This document shows, piece after piece, positions 16,390 through 24,151 of a stretch of DNA of 64,000 nucleotides; position 1 is the first letter of the stretch, and each line of letters starts with the position of its first letter. The translations under genes were made by a program, and so were the position numbers. Origin of the DNA: Gaiellales bacterium (lineage in GTDB: Bacteria > Actinomycetota > Thermoleophilia > Gaiellales > Gaiellaceae); contig JBBRZN010000007.1 of assembly GCA_038236705.1 (NCBI GenBank), positions 8,741-72,740 of the forward strand, given 5' to 3'. The notes under the pieces are model-generated. The model did no database searches and was not told the origin of the DNA. It saw nothing but the letters and a program-made list of their open reading frames with translations.

Positions 16390-18852
16390 TCAATCGAGTG
16401 ATTCGAGGGCGAGCGTGACGGCCTCGTCGATCGTCAGCGCCCGGCCTTGCTCCCATGCTTCGGCCAAGGCGCTTTCGTCGAGCCAGGCGCGGATCTCGGA
16501 GAGCGTTTGCTCGTTCATCCTCGCGACCCAGGCCTCGCTGACGCCGATCTGCTCTCGCTGAGCCTCGAAGCAGAAGAGAAGCCGGGCGGCCGTATCAGCT
16601 TTCCCGGGGAGCACGGCGAAAATACTGGCGCTGCGACAGAGACTTTGCGCGATTTCGTGAAGAGAGCCGAGGTCGCGACAGGCGAGAAGGTTCTGCTTCC
16701 CAAGCGCGAGGGCGTCCTCGATCCGGCCCTGCTCGAAGGCGATCATCGCCAGCGAACCCAGCGTCCCCGCCTCCGTCTCCTTGAAGCCGAGTGCTTGCGC
16801 CTGAGCAAGGTTCGATTCGTGCAGTATGCGGGCGCGCTCGAGGTCGCCACGGCTGTGGTAGGTGAAGGCGAGCGTACGCGTCGCCGAGACCGCCTCACGC
16901 TCGTCGCCGGCCTTGCGGAAGAGGGCGAGGCTCTCCTCGGCGAGCTGCTCCGCCTGCTCGACGTCTCCTTCCTCGATGGCGGCCACGCAGAGCACGTTGA
17001 GATTGAAAGCGGCGCCTCGCGCGTCGCCAAGGCGGCGATGCAGCTCCAGTGCCTGCCCCGCGATCGACCTGGCCGACGGAACGTCTCCGCTCCCGTACGC
17101 CATGAGGGCTGCTCCGGTGAGAGCCCTGGCACGCGCTGCTGTCGGGCGCTCCTGGCCTCGGAGCGCGCTCTCTAGACGACGTCTCCCTTCGGCGACGTGC
17201 CCCCCCTCGTGCCAGAACTCCGACAGGACTCCTGCGAGTTGCAGGACAAGCTCGTTCTCCCCTGAGGCTGCGAGGTGATCGAGCGCTGCGCGGAGGTTGT
17301 CGTGCTCGGCCTCCAGCCGCCCGATCCATTCGACGGAGTACGCGCGTGTATTGGGCTCGGCTTCTTCGCCGAGCGCAAGGAAGTGTTCCGCGTGACGGCG
17401 CTTCAACGTCTCGGCCTCGCCGGAGTCCTCGAGCCGCTCGGCGGCGTATTCGCGGATCGTCTCCAGCATCCAGAAGCGGTCGCCCTCGCGGACGCGAACC
17501 AGACTCTTGTCGACAAGCGACTCGAGCGTGTCGAGATCTGCGTCGCAGACCGCTTCCGCCGATTCGAGCGTACAGCCGCCCGCGAAGACGGCGAGGCGCG
17601 CGAAGAGCCCTTGCTCGTCCTCGTTCAGCAGCTCGTGGCTCCACTCGATCATCGCGCGCAGCGTCTGCTGGCGCGGGTCGACGCCGCGGCCGGCCTTGAG
17701 CAGATCCAGCCGTTGCGAGAGCCGCTCGACGAGCTGCTCGGGCGAGAGGACTCGGACCCGCGCCGCCGCCAGCTCGAGCGCGAGCGGCAGGTTCTCGAGC
17801 CGCGCGCAGAGCTCCGGCACCATGGTGCTTGCGACGAAGCCCGGCAGGGTTGCACGCGCCCGGTCCACGAAGAGCTCCGTCCCATCCTCCGGCTCGAGCG
17901 GCGGGACCGGATAGGCCTGCTCGCCGGGAACCCGAAGCAGCTCGCGGCTCGTCACGAGTAGATGGACGTTGGGGCAGGAGCCGAGCAGCTCGGAGAGGCG
18001 GGGGGCTGCCTCGACGACGTGCTCGAAGTTGTCCAATAGAAGGAGCAGCGATTTGTCGGCCAGGTGCTCCGCCAGACCGTCCTTGGCTCCGAGCACCTGC
18101 CCCGCCGTCGTCAGGACGAGCTCGGGGTCGCGCAGCGGCGCCAGCGGTACCCAGAAGATCCCGTCGGGGTAGCGCTCGGCAACCTCGGCGGCCGCCTGCA
18201 GCCCGAGCCGCGTCTTGCCCGTCCCGCCCGGCCCCGTGAAAGTGAGCAAGCGAGCGTGCTCCAGCAACCCGCACACCTCGGCGAGCTCGTGCTCGCGACC
18301 GAGGAACGGCGTCGCCGGAATCGGCAGGTTCGTTCGGTAGAGACTCTTCAGCGGCGGGAACTCCTCGTCGCCGAGCTGGTAGATCCGCTCGGGCGCGGAC
18401 AGGTCCTTCAGCCGGTGCTCACCGAGGTCCCGCAGCCCGTCGGTGTCGAGGAGAGCGGCCGTCGAGGCCGAGATCAGCACTTGTCCTCCATGGCCGGCGG
18501 CGGCGATCCGAGCGGCACGGTGGACGTCGACCCCGACATAGCCTTCCTCGGCCAGGTGGGGGGTACCGGTGTGAAGGCCCATTCTGACCCGGATCGGGCC
18601 GTGGCTGAGTCCTTGGAGCGCCTGAGCGGCCGCCCGCAACGCACCCGGCGCGGTCGGAAAGGCGACGAAGAAGGCGTCGCCCTGGGTGTCGACCTCGACG
18701 CCGCCCTGGGCGCCGAACGCCTCCCGGAGGACACGGCGATGCTCGCCGAGCGCCTCGCCGTACGACTCGGCGCCGAGTTCGTGCAAGAGCTTGGTCGAGC
18801 CCTGCACGTCGGTGAAGAGGAAGGTGACGGTTCCGGCGGGGAGGTCGCGCAT
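16390..18852 (-). CDS. adenylate/guanylate cyclase domain - STAND/AAA ATPase - TPR protein (paralogue 1)
   Basis: Class III cyclase motifs FLFTDVQGST, TQGDAFFVAF and VDVHRAARI. Walker A at GPGGTGKTRL and a TPR-like helical C-terminus. No LuxR HTH is visible. Confidence 0.88.
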   Translation of the reverse strand: MRDLPAGTVTFLFTDVQGSTKLLHELGAESYGEALGEHRRVLREAFGAQGGVEVDTQGDAFFVAFPTAPGALRAAAQALQGLSHGPIRVRMGLHTGTPHLAEEGYVGVDVHRAARIAAAGHGGQVLISASTAALLDTDGLRDLGEHRLKDLSAPERIYQLGDEEFPPLKSLYRTNLPIPATPFLGREHELAEVCGLLEHARLLTFTGPGGTGKTRLGLQAAAEVAERYPDGIFWVPLAPLRDPELVLTTAGQVLGAKDGLAEHLADKSLLLLLDNFEHVVEAAPRLSELLGSCPNVHLLVTSRELLRVPGEQAYPVPPLEPEDGTELFVDRARATLPGFVASTMVPELCARLENLPLALELAAARVRVLSPEQLVERLSQRLDLLKAGRGVDPRQQTLRAMIEWSHELLNEDEQGLFARLAVFAGGCTLESAEAVCDADLDTLESLVDKSLVRVREGDRFWMLETIREYAAERLEDSGEAETLKRRHAEHFLALGEEAEPNTRAYSVEWIGRLEAEHDNLRAALDHLAASGENELVLQLAGVLSEFWHEGGHVAEGRRRLESALRGQERPTAARARALTGAALMAYGSGDVPSARSIAGQALELHRRLGDARGAAFNLNVLCVAAIEEGDVEQAEQLAEESLALFRKAGDEREAVSATRTLAFTYHSRGDLERARILHESNLAQAQALGFKETEAGTLGSLAMIAFEQGRIEDALALGKQNLLACRDLGSLHEIAQSLCRSASIFAVLPGKADTAARLLFCFEAQREQIGVSEAWVARMNEQTLSEIRAWLDESALAEAWEQGRALTIDEAVTLALESLD

Positions 18853-18881
18853 CCGCTCAATGATGAGAGGGGTGGCCGCCT

Positions 18882-18979
18882 TCGTCCAGCGAACTAGGCC
18901 CAGCTTCAGACAGACACATCAGGCAGGGCCGGGCTAAGACTTCCACTCCGAGCCCGTCCCCGCCGTGTTCGCTGGACGA
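18882..18979 (-). promoter_or_regulatory. 13-bp perfect inverted repeat (TCGTCCAGCGAAC / GTTCGCTGGACGA) enclosing 72 nt, between mini-ORF stop and cyclase-STAND start
   Basis: Read directly: arms at 18882-18894 and 18967-18979. The arm at 18967-18979 abuts the TAG of the 21-codon ORF. Confidence 0.4.
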
Positions 18980-19045
18980 CTAGAGGAGCCAGATAAGCAG
19001 CAGAATGATGATGATTACCGCGAGAACGCCACCACCGATGTACAT
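18980..19045 (-). CDS. 21-aa hydrophobic mini-protein MYIGGGVLAVIIIILLLIWLL
   Basis: The ATG at 19045 is preceded by AAAGGAGG with 6-nt spacing, the strongest SD in the region. The peptide is a single TM-like helix. It lies 128 nt upstream of, and co-directional with, gene 16390..18852. Confidence 0.4.
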   Translation of the reverse strand: MYIGGGVLAVIIIILLLIWLL

Positions 19046-20078
19046 CCGCAACCTCCTTTCGGTGCCGATTCCGGCGAATACCCGCTCGAATCGAAAACCG
19101 AACGTCTTGTGGATAGGAAATCTCCTCCATAAAGGGGTATCGAAGTGGATGTGCTCGCCTCCGAGACGATTTGGCGAGCAGGGTGAGAAGAAGGCCCGGC
19201 GCGGGCGCAGGCCCAAGGCCGCCGGCTAGCGAAACCAAGCGAGAACTGTTTCGATGGTGGGCCCGTTCGCAACAATAGGAAGGCCGGGTGGTTTTCTCTC
19301 TCTCCCCTGGGTGGTTTTGCCGCCACCTAGCTCCAGAGGCGGCCACCCGGCCTCTCCTGAATAGATGCCGCCTCGGAGCGCAACTTGCAGTCTCCAGTCG
19401 CTGCCTCCCGCGAGCCCCTTGTCACCCGCGCCCTCACGGGCACAGTCGGAGCCGCCCCAGTTCAGCAAGAGTCAGCCGCGACGGCAGAAGAGCCCACCTT
19501 CGCTAGCACAGCAAGTCACTGACGTAATTGCGGCTGGTCCTTTGCTAGCCTTGTCGAGCCGGGCCGCCCTCGGTGCTCTTCCTCTCCCCGGATGCTCTCC
19601 CGAGTTTTCGAGGTCGCAGCTTTGGAGACCCACGGCGGCTCGGCTTCTTACTGGGTCGAGGCAGCGGCCGGGCCTCTGAGGTCCACGCACGAGCGTCACC
19701 GGTTTGACTGACTAGTCAATCGGGGAAGTCGTCCAGCGTGAGCGGGGTTGGGGGAGGCCGCTCCAAGCGGCCCCAACTGCGGTGCCGCCCGGCGTGTTGC
19801 CGCAGACACGCTGGGTGGGCGGGGCCGCCCTAGGCGTTGGTTCGGCTCGCCCGCCCGGACGGTCGGTCTGCGAACTCGGTTAGCGGGAGCCCCTAATGCC
19901 ATTCGGTCGCTCTGCCGACAATGGTCATGAGTCGGGGCACCGGCATCGTCCCTCCCCGCCGGGGCGGGGCGTCGGCTAGCCGCAGACCTAGGCGCCCCCC
20001 GCCCCGGCTCTCTCCCTTTGCTCGTCCGGGGAAGGTGAGATGATCCCCTCTTCTGCGGCAACAAGAAAGGATCGGCCC

Positions 20079-20384
20079 ATGAATGGGATCCGACTGCTCC
20101 TCGCGGCCGTCGCTGCGCTCGCGCTACCGGCCGTCGCTGTAGCTGGCGCGACACCTGTCCCACAGCAGTTCTGCCAAGTTCAGTTCGTGGCGAGCGGCCC
20201 GTTGTATGACGGGGTTGGCATCACCGTCCGAACGCCGCGTGGCTCCAGCATGATCGTCTGCCGGGTAAAGGTGCCCCCGCCGCCGGAGACGATCCTGATC
20301 ACCTTCCCCGGCGCGAACGGGGACGTCGTCGTCGTCACGCGGAGCGGCACGGCAATCGCGGTTTTTCACTCATCGTTCAGGTAG
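20079..20384 (+). CDS. small secreted hypothetical protein
   Basis: MNGIRLLLAAVAALALPAVAVAGA is a signal peptide. AAAGGA lies 8 nt upstream of the ATG at 20079. 101 aa with two Cys. Confidence 0.5.
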   Translation: MNGIRLLLAAVAALALPAVAVAGATPVPQQFCQVQFVASGPLYDGVGITVRTPRGSSMIVCRVKVPPPPETILITFPGANGDVVVVTRSGTAIAVFHSSFR

Positions 20385-20467
20385 CTCGGCGTGAAGATTT
20401 CAGCTGGCAGCGGGAAGAGAGCCCGGTAACGGCGCTTCTCTTTTGCCCAAACCGCTGATTGAAGGGA

Positions 20468-20540
20468 AGCCGACGCGCGGATTCGAACCGCGGACCCCTT
20501 CATTACGAGTGAAGTGCTCTACCAACTGAGCTACGTCGGC
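20468..20540 (-). tRNA. tRNA-Thr (anticodon CGT)
   Basis: The reverse complement GCCGACGTAGCTCAGTTGGTAGAGCACTTCACTCGTAATGAAGGGGTCCGCGGTTCGAATCCGCGCGTCGGCT folds as a cloverleaf with a 7-bp acceptor stem, anticodon loop CTCGTAA and T-loop GGTTCGAATCC. CCA is not encoded. Confidence 0.93.
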
Positions 20541-20590
20541 GTGGGTCGGCGCAGTCTAGCGCGGCCCCGCGGCGCTTAGACTGCCGCCTG

Positions 20591-20959
20591 ATGCTCCGTC
20601 TCGTCGTCGCCTGGGCGATCAACGCGGCCGCGCTCTGGCTCGCCGACGCGCTCTTCGAGAGCGTTCGGATCGACGGCTGGAAGGCCTACCTGATCGGCGC
20701 CGCGGTGCTCGGGATCGCCAACGGGATCATCAAGCCGGTGCTCATGTTCCTGACCTTCCCGCTGATCGTGCTCACGCTCGGCGTGTTCATGCTCGTGATC
20801 AACATCGCGATGCTGGCGCTGGCCGAGTGGATCGCGCCCAACTTCGCGATCACCGGCTTCTGGAGCTACGTGGGCACCGTCGTGATCATCTGGCTCGTCA
20901 ACTGGGTCGCCCAAACGGCGCTCGACGCGCTCGAGAGCCCGCGCACGCGACTCGCCTAA
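20591..20959 (+). CDS. phage holin family IV / DUF360 membrane protein
   Basis: 122 aa with 4 TM segments and the motifs GAAVLGIANGIIKPVLMFLTFPLIVLTLGVFMLVINIAML. Confidence 0.75.
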   Translation: MLRLVVAWAINAAALWLADALFESVRIDGWKAYLIGAAVLGIANGIIKPVLMFLTFPLIVLTLGVFMLVINIAMLALAEWIAPNFAITGFWSYVGTVVIIWLVNWVAQTALDALESPRTRLA

Positions 20960-20977
20960 CGCACGCGACTCGCCTAA
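20942..20977 (+). repeat. perfect 18-bp tandem duplication CGCACGCGACTCGCCTAA x2
   Basis: Units at 20942-20959 and 20960-20977. The first unit is the last 18 nt, including the stop, of the holin-family gene. The second ends in the TAA that flanks the IS. Confidence 0.9.
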
Positions 20978-21049
20978 GAACTCATTTCTGAATTAAGGGA
21001 CCCGCCTGCTAGCGACGAAGCCATTGGCATCCGTCGTCAAGCTAAGGGG

Positions 21050-21870
21050 GTGCCGATGGCCGCCGCGCCGTGGATCGTCTCGGACGAGCTGTGGAATTTG
21101 GTCGAGTCGCTCTTGCCGAAGCGGGAACGCCGTTTTCGTTATCCGGGCCGCAAGCGCTTGCCCGATCGGCAAGCGTTGCAGGGGATTCTGTTTGTGCTCC
21201 ACACCGGGATCGCCTGGCAGCATCTGCCGGCCGAGCTCGGCTTCGGCTCAGGGGTGACGTGCTGGCGTCGCCTCGACGAGTGGCAACGGGCTGGCGTCTG
21301 GGGGCGGCTGCACCAGCTGCTGTTGACGCGGCTACAGGCCCCAGGCGAGCTCGAGTGGTCGAGGGCGATCGTCGACTCGAGCCAGGTGCAGGCGAAAAAG
21401 GGGGCGGCGAGACGGGCCCGAGCCCGGTCGACAGAGGCCGTCCTGGCTCCAAGCACCACCTCCTCGTCGACCAGAAGGGGATCCCGCTCGCCTTCGCTCT
21501 CATCGGCGCGAACCGCAACGATGTCACGCAGCTGATCCCGCTCGTCGACGCGGTGCCGGCGGTACGCGGCATGGTTGGCCGACCGCGTCGGCGGCCCCAA
21601 TGCGTGATCGCCGACCGCGGCTACGACCACGACAAGTACCGGAAGCTGCTCCGGAAGCGGGGGATCAAGCCGGTGATCGCCCGTCGCCAGACCCAGCACG
21701 GCTCCGGCTTGGGCCGCTACCGCTGGGTCGTTGAGCGCACTCGCCTGGCTGCACAACTTCAAGCGCCTGCTCGTCCGCTATGAGCGGCGCGCCGACATCC
21801 ACCGCGCCCTGCTCGGGCTCGCCTGCTGCCTTGTCTGCTTCCGCCGGCTCACGAACCTCACGCTCGGATG
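21050..21870 (+). CDS. IS5/IS427-type DDE transposase (orfA 21050-21535, orfB frame to 21783; -1 slippage at AAAAAG 21395-21400; extra frame disruption near 21737-21742)
   Basis: orfA reads WIVSDELWNLVESLLP..GIAWQHLPAELGFGSGVTCWRRL. orfB reads GPSPVDRGRPGSKHHLLVDQKGIPLAF..GANRNDV..IADRGYDHDKYR..RWVVERT. The expected tail AWLHNFKRLLVRYERRADIHRALLGLACCLVCFRRL is in a third frame ending at 21870. Confidence 0.8.
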
Positions 21871-21894
21871 AGGGCCTGGCGACCCAGCATGGGG

Positions 21895-22296
21895 CTATCC
21901 GTCGTGCGGCGAGGAGCCGTGGATCTGTACCAAGAGCCAGCGGCCGTCGCGCTTCTCGCAGACTGCGCTCATGCGATACGGGTGCTTCTCCTCACGCCCT
22001 TCCGCCGCCGCGGTCTCCGCCCCCTCCGCAAGAAGCCATCCCACTGCCCCCGCAGCAGAGACGTCACGGCGGTCCCAGGTCCAGGAGTACGTCGTCGTCC
22101 CCCGCGCGTAGCGATGAAGAAAGGCCCCCATCTCCTCGGGGCCGCGAAGAAGCGATTCCTCGGACGTGACCATCACGATGTCGGCATCCGGCGCGAAGAG
22201 CTGCATGACACCCTCGGCATCCCGCGCCGAGAACGCGGAGCAGAAACGCTCCAGGATCTCAAGCAACGCGGCCTCCGTCTCCACATCCGCCCTCAA
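21895..22296 (-). CDS. NTF2-like / SnoaL-like (DUF4440-type) protein, inside the IS
   Basis: 133 aa. LLEILERFCSAFSARDAEGVMQLFAPDADIV...GWLLAEG...RMSAVCEKRDGRWLLVQIH fits the NTF2-fold pattern. TTG start at 22296. Confidence 0.65.
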   Translation of the reverse strand: MRADVETEAALLEILERFCSAFSARDAEGVMQLFAPDADIVMVTSEESLLRGPEEMGAFLHRYARGTTTYSWTWDRRDVSAAGAVGWLLAEGAETAAAEGREEKHPYRMSAVCEKRDGRWLLVQIHGSSPHDG

Positions 22297-22332
22297 GACG
22301 AGGCATTCTCGCTCTTTCTGAAATGAGTTCTA

Positions 22333-22493
22333 AGAGGGGTTGGCGGAATACCGCTCGTCGCCGGGGCGCGATGGTCGTTCCGAGGCAAGGACGCAGGGAG
22401 CGTTCGTACCTGGAGTACGGGCGCGACTGAGGACGCGGCATCGGGGCGAGCAGCGCGTCCCGGCGGCTCAGCCGTTATTTCGTCAAGCCCTCT
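22333..22493 (+). repeat. ~160-bp TIR-bounded element with central covarying hairpin, copy B
   Basis: AGAGGGGTTGGCGGAA...TTTCGTCAAGCCCTCT termini, with core CAGGGAG-CGTTCGTAC/GTACGGGCG-CGACTGAGGACGC. Collinear with copy A. Confidence 0.75.
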
Positions 22494-23577
22494 TGTTAGG
22501 CCGCGAGAGGACACCGCTGAAGGCGCGGCGTAGCTCGATGAAGAGCGCTTCCAGCACGAGCGCCGGCGCGAGCTGGAACTCCTCGAAGGAGCGCCACGAC
22601 TCGCGTACCAGCTCGGCTGCGCGCTCGGCGCCCTCGAGCCGTTCGAGGTTGCCGTCCTCCTGCAGCGCCTCGGCCAGGTCGACGTGCACGAGCGCCTTGT
22701 CGGCACCCGCGGCGGCAGCGACCAGGTCGCGGTACCAGGATGCGAGCTCCTCCAGACAGGCCAGCAGCTCTTCCCGCTCGGCGCCGCGCCCGGCCCGGCG
22801 CACGCGCTGCTCGGCTTCGCGCGCAGTCAGGTCGAAGCCCTCGATCGCCGTCTCCTCCAGCTCCTTGGCCTCCGCTGCGCGCTTGCGCGCGCCCTCGAGG
22901 AGCAGCGCCGCGGCCTTCGCCGCATCGAAGCTCTCGGCCGCGTAGACCGAGCGCGCCGTCTCGAGCAACACCTCCCGCCGTTTGGCAGCCGCCGGATCCA
23001 GGAGCCGCTCGGCGCGGTCGAGCCGCCCGCTCGCCACGCGCGCGATCGAGGTCGCCTGCTCCACGGTCAGCTCCGGCGCGCGGGCCTGCACCGCTTCCCG
23101 CACCGCCCGCTCGGAGAGCCTGCGGAACGGAATCGCCTGGCAGCGCGAGCGGATCGTCTCCGCGAGCGAGCCCACCTCGTCGGCCACCAGCACGATCACC
23201 GCGTACTCTGGCGGCTCCTCGAGATCTTTTAGAAGCGCGTCGGCGGCCTCCTCGTTCAGCAGATGGGCGCCGAAGATGAGGTAGATGCGGCGGTCGGCCT
23301 CGAACGGGCGCATATGAAGGTCGCGGCGCAGCTCGCGCACCGCATCGATCCGGATCAGTTCGCCGAGCGGCTCGAGCACGTACAGATCGGGGTGCGAGCG
23401 GCGCTCGACGCGCGCATCGCCGCCGAGGAGCTCCGAGGCGAACGCGACCGCCGTCGCGCGCTTGCCGATTCCCGCCGGGCCGTGGAAGACGTAAGCGTGC
23501 GCCGGTCCGTCGGCGAGCGCGGCCGCGAGCAGGCGCTTGGCTTCGGCCTGCTCAGGAATGCTGTCGAAGCTCGCCAA
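22483..23577 (-). CDS. holB: DNA polymerase III delta-prime subunit
   Basis: AHAYVFHGPAGIGKRATAVAFA (Walker A-like), LEEPPEYAVIVL and IRSRCQ are present, with tmk immediately upstream. The last codons and the stop lie in repeat B. Confidence 0.85.
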   Translation of the reverse strand: MASFDSIPEQAEAKRLLAAALADGPAHAYVFHGPAGIGKRATAVAFASELLGGDARVERRSHPDLYVLEPLGELIRIDAVRELRRDLHMRPFEADRRIYLIFGAHLLNEEAADALLKDLEEPPEYAVIVLVADEVGSLAETIRSRCQAIPFRRLSERAVREAVQARAPELTVEQATSIARVASGRLDRAERLLDPAAAKRREVLLETARSVYAAESFDAAKAAALLLEGARKRAAEAKELEETAIEGFDLTAREAEQRVRRAGRGAEREELLACLEELASWYRDLVAAAAGADKALVHVDLAEALQEDGNLERLEGAERAAELVRESWRSFEEFQLAPALVLEALFIELRRAFSGVLSRPNKRA

Positions 23578-24151
23578 TGATCTCCTCCGCGATCTCCCTG
23601 GGCGGCCGCGTGCCGTCGATGGTCGTGATCCGCTGCGGGAAGAACTCCGCGAGCTCGCGGTAGGCCGCGTCGACCCGATCGCGGAAGTCGTCGTCCTCGC
23701 GCTCGATGCGGTCGCGGCCCTCGCCGACGCGCCGCGCCGACTCCCGCGGGTCGACCAGCAGCAGGAAGGTCCGGTCGGGAAGCAATCCGCGGATCGCCTG
23801 CAGGTTGAGCTCGAGCACGCGCTCGAGGCCGAGGCCGCGCGCGATGCCCTGATAGGCGAGCGAGGAGTCGAGGTAGCGGTCGCAGACGACGTCGGCTCCG
23901 CGCTCGAGGCCGGGCGCGATCACGTCCTCGACGAGCTGCGACCGCGCGGCGAGGAACAGCGCCGTCTCCGCCCAGGGCACGACCTTCGCGTCGGCGAGCA
24001 GGAGCCCGCGGATCCGCTCGCCGAGCTCGGTGCCGCCGGGCTCGCGCGTCGACACCACGTCGCGTCCGTCGGCGGAGAGCGCCTCGGAGAGGAGATTCGC
24101 CTGGGTCGTCTTGCCGGAGCCGTCGAGCCCTTCGAACGTGATGAACACCAT
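23552..24151 (-). CDS. tmk: thymidylate kinase
   Basis: MVFITFEGLDGSGKTTQ P-loop, DRYLDSSLAYQG and 199 aa. ATG at 24151. Confidence 0.92.
   Translation of the reverse strand: MVFITFEGLDGSGKTTQANLLSEALSADGRDVVSTREPGGTELGERIRGLLLADAKVVPWAETALFLAARSQLVEDVIAPGLERGADVVCDRYLDSSLAYQGIARGLGLERVLELNLQAIRGLLPDRTFLLLVDPRESARRVGEGRDRIEREDDDFRDRVDAAYRELAEFFPQRITTIDGTRPPREIAEEIIGELRQHS

Larger units (their letters stand above)
20978..22330 (+). mobile_element. IS5-family (IS427-group-like) insertion sequence, 1353 bp, with passenger gene
   Basis: Terminal inverted repeats GAACTCATTTCTGAA (20978-20992) and TTCTGAAATGAGTTC (22316-22330) match at 14 of 15 positions. TAA is directly repeated at 20975-20977 and 22331-22333. 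A two-frame transposase lies inside. Confidence 0.8.

Noticed and set aside
19230-20040. RNase P RNA, tmRNA, SRP RNA or group II intron in the 1.2-kb gene-poor region.
   Set aside because: I looked on both strands for GAGGAAAGTCCGG and ACAGAACCCGGCTTA (RNase P), a tRNA-like 3' end with a tag ORF (tmRNA), and domain V-like GAGCCGTAT...GAAA (group II intron). None is present.
20385-20467. Rho-independent terminator after the small secreted-protein gene (GAAGAGAGCC...GGCGCTTCTCTTTT).
   Set aside because: The stem pairs at only about 7 of 10 positions, with internal mismatches. The T-tract is present, but the structure is too weak to report as a feature.
18853-20467. Integrative element or prophage remnant at tRNA-Thr.
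   Set aside because: There is no integrase or other phage gene, and I could not find a direct repeat of the tRNA 3' end at the far side. It is kept only as one hypothesis in the finding on the gene-poor region.
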